A stretch of DNA of 64,000 bases from the NCBI GenBank assembly GCA_965178125.1, contig OZ237770.1, positions 186,001-250,000 of the forward strand, written 5' to 3'. This document shows, in pieces, positions 62,425 through 64,000 of the stretch. The notes beneath the pieces are model-generated. The model saw nothing but the letters and a program-made list of their open reading frames with translations, ran no database searches and was not told the origin of the DNA. This DNA is from Bilabrum cf. latius. Taxonomy: Eukaryota. The position numbers and the translations under genes were made by a program. Each line of letters starts with the position of its first letter. The first letter of the stretch is position 1.

Positions 62425-64000
62425 ATGAGTGGAAGGCATCCAGGAAGTGATTTTGGTGGATGGCTCATATCTGGGGCAGTTACAGGAGGTGTGGCGGCTC
62501 TTGCAATGATGATGTACCGAAAACAGCGGCATGATGCAGATTTGTAAGTGCGCCCTTGCCTCCAAAAAGATCACCTGGCATTGATAGGCCATTTGCATTA
62601 TTCCGCGTATGTGATAATTACTCATGGTGCAACGGTGCTCGCTCGCAGGCTTGCTCAGATACCCCAGCGGACGGCGGCCGAGATTCAGGAGCTTGTCAGG
62701 CAGACTTCTCTTGGGGGGAACGAGCCGCCGCTTGTTGCCACGCGTGGCGCCACCGCGCCATCGATGGCTTCTTCATAGCCAAGGCTAAGAATACCGGGCC
62801 TCAAAGCAGACATGCTTGCGGTGGAGCAGAGCACGTTCCTTCATGCGCAGCGGGCGGTCATTGTCAAGAAGCCCAAGCCGTCGTCGCAGGGGGGAGCAAG
62901 AACACAATTGGAGCAGTCCAGCGGTGGTCGCATGGACGGCACCGTCCTTCGATTCGAACAACAAGCCGGTGGAAGCAGCAGCAGCAGCAGCAGCGGCGGT
63001 GTTGGCAGTGGGCCAGCACCGCACCGGCAGTTGCGACCAAACTCGCAGCAGGAGTACAGAGCAGCTCCGGGAGCGCCCAGCGCACCGCCAGCCGATGCTT
63101 CCAATGAGTAGGACCCTCCCATTCGAAACGACAGGACCGCTGGCAGAGAAGAAGAAGATCCGCAGGCGCTGTCGGGGTCAGGTCGCCAATCCACCGGTGG
63201 AGCCGGTACCCCACGCGGCCAGGACCATCGCCGGGCCACATCGCCCACGCCCGGATTCTGGGGCGGAAGTTCCTCCTCCTCCTCCTCCTCCTCCTCCTCC
63301 TCCTCCTCCTCCTCCTCCTCGGCGACTTCGTCCTCGTCACAGGGGCCTGCCAGTGGTCCCACCCAGCCCACGGAGGCCCCTTTTGACCTCGAGATCAAGC
63401 TGCTCAAGGAGCGCAAGCCCGAGTCTACGTACCGGTCCCAGCTGCCCTTCTCGGTGATAGATGAGACAGGGCGAGTTGAGGTTGCGACCGGCGGCGGCAT
63501 GCCGGAGCCGCCGCTGGAGCCAGTCAGGACCCAGCACGTTGTGTTTGACGCCCTGAGCCCGGAGGACAGGTACCAGGCGGGGCGATCGGAGCTGCGGATC
63601 TCGGAGGTGAGGCATCACGAGGCCTCGGGGGTTAGAACCACCAGCTGGCCCAGCCCGCCGGCGTACGGGAAAGTGCCCCAATCCCCGGAGGCGGCCGAAT
63701 CTTTTTCGTCTCGAGAGATAACGTGGTCTGCGCTCCCGGTCGGCACCGTGCTTACGGTGGTCGGCACCGCACGGCGGCTGACCGAAGCAGGGCCTGACGC
63801 GGTCGAGATCGGACCTGGGACTCGGGGCGGGCCCGCCTATGTGACGAGTGAGACGCTTCCATCCCTTGTGCGTAGGCTCGACTCAACGGCTAGTATCACC
63901 TACGGCGTGACTGTGGCGATCGGATTCGTGGCTGGCGCCTTGACTGCAGTGGGGGTGTGGAAGCTGGGACAATGGGCTTGGTCCAGGCTTGGCGCGGGTG
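62425..64000 (+). CDS. MUL1/SP1-like GIDE-domain membrane protein (putative E3 ligase); truncated by the window end
   Basis: N-terminal TM, one intron (~62544-62649), LPFSVIDETGRVEV, LPVGTVLTVVG, PAYVTSETLPSLV, second TM. Two TAGs. A RING domain is not reached in the window. Confidence 0.65.
63271..63320 (+). repeat. (TCC)n tract encoding poly-Ser
   Basis: Directly visible in the sequence. Confidence 0.9.

Noticed and set aside
1445-63111. Mass pseudogenisation or C-to-T damage as the source of internal stops
   Set aside because: That would also create TAA (from CAA), TGA (from CGA) and frameshifts. Only TAG is seen, and the frames stay intact over many kb.
1445-63111. Pyrrolysine, or A-to-I editing of UAG to UGG (Trp)
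   Set aside because: All alignable TAGs match Gln. U-to-C editing cannot be excluded without RNA data, but it is less parsimonious for ~70 nuclear sites.
1-64000. The many long antisense and alternative-frame ORFs in the track (e.g. 12563-13702, 19168-20187, 29628-30476)
   Set aside because: They are shadow ORFs expected in GC-rich DNA and overlap better-supported genes.
1-64000. tRNA (including a CUA suppressor), rRNA or eRF1 genes
   Set aside because: None was recognisable by eye; the decoding machinery for the code change is not visible in this window.

Overview
This is GC-rich, gene-dense eukaryotic nuclear DNA with short GT-AG introns, probably from a heterotrophic protist (lineage not determinable from the window). 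The main result is a non-standard nuclear genetic code. By hand count there are about 70 in-frame TAG codons inside otherwise intact genes, and I found no in-frame TAA or TGA in them. Wherever a TAG can be aligned to a paralog, an invariant family motif or a poly-Gln tract, it corresponds to Gln. TGA and TAA end the genes, so TAG=Gln is uncoupled from TAA=stop. Read this way, the fragmented ORF track collapses into about 20 genes: SRSF1-like SR protein, Sec24, GH29 fucosidase, histidine phosphatase, FGGY kinase, two paralogous membrane proteins, pyridoxal kinase, ARSB-like and ARSK-like sulfatases, BAF-like protein, GT34 glycosyltransferase, GH56 hyaluronidase, a ~3360-aa surface receptor-like protein, three oxodicarboxylate carriers, a MUL1/GIDE-like protein and several hypotheticals. 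Other signals: a strongly over-represented word (G)TGTGACGAGT(G) with 25 exact 10-mer copies on both strands and in several reading frames, two further recurrent words, a family of 5'-truncated non-LTR retroelements that end in and insert at (TC)n with target-site duplications, and a perfect 62-bp inverted repeat. All alignments and counts were made by eye; no database search was run.
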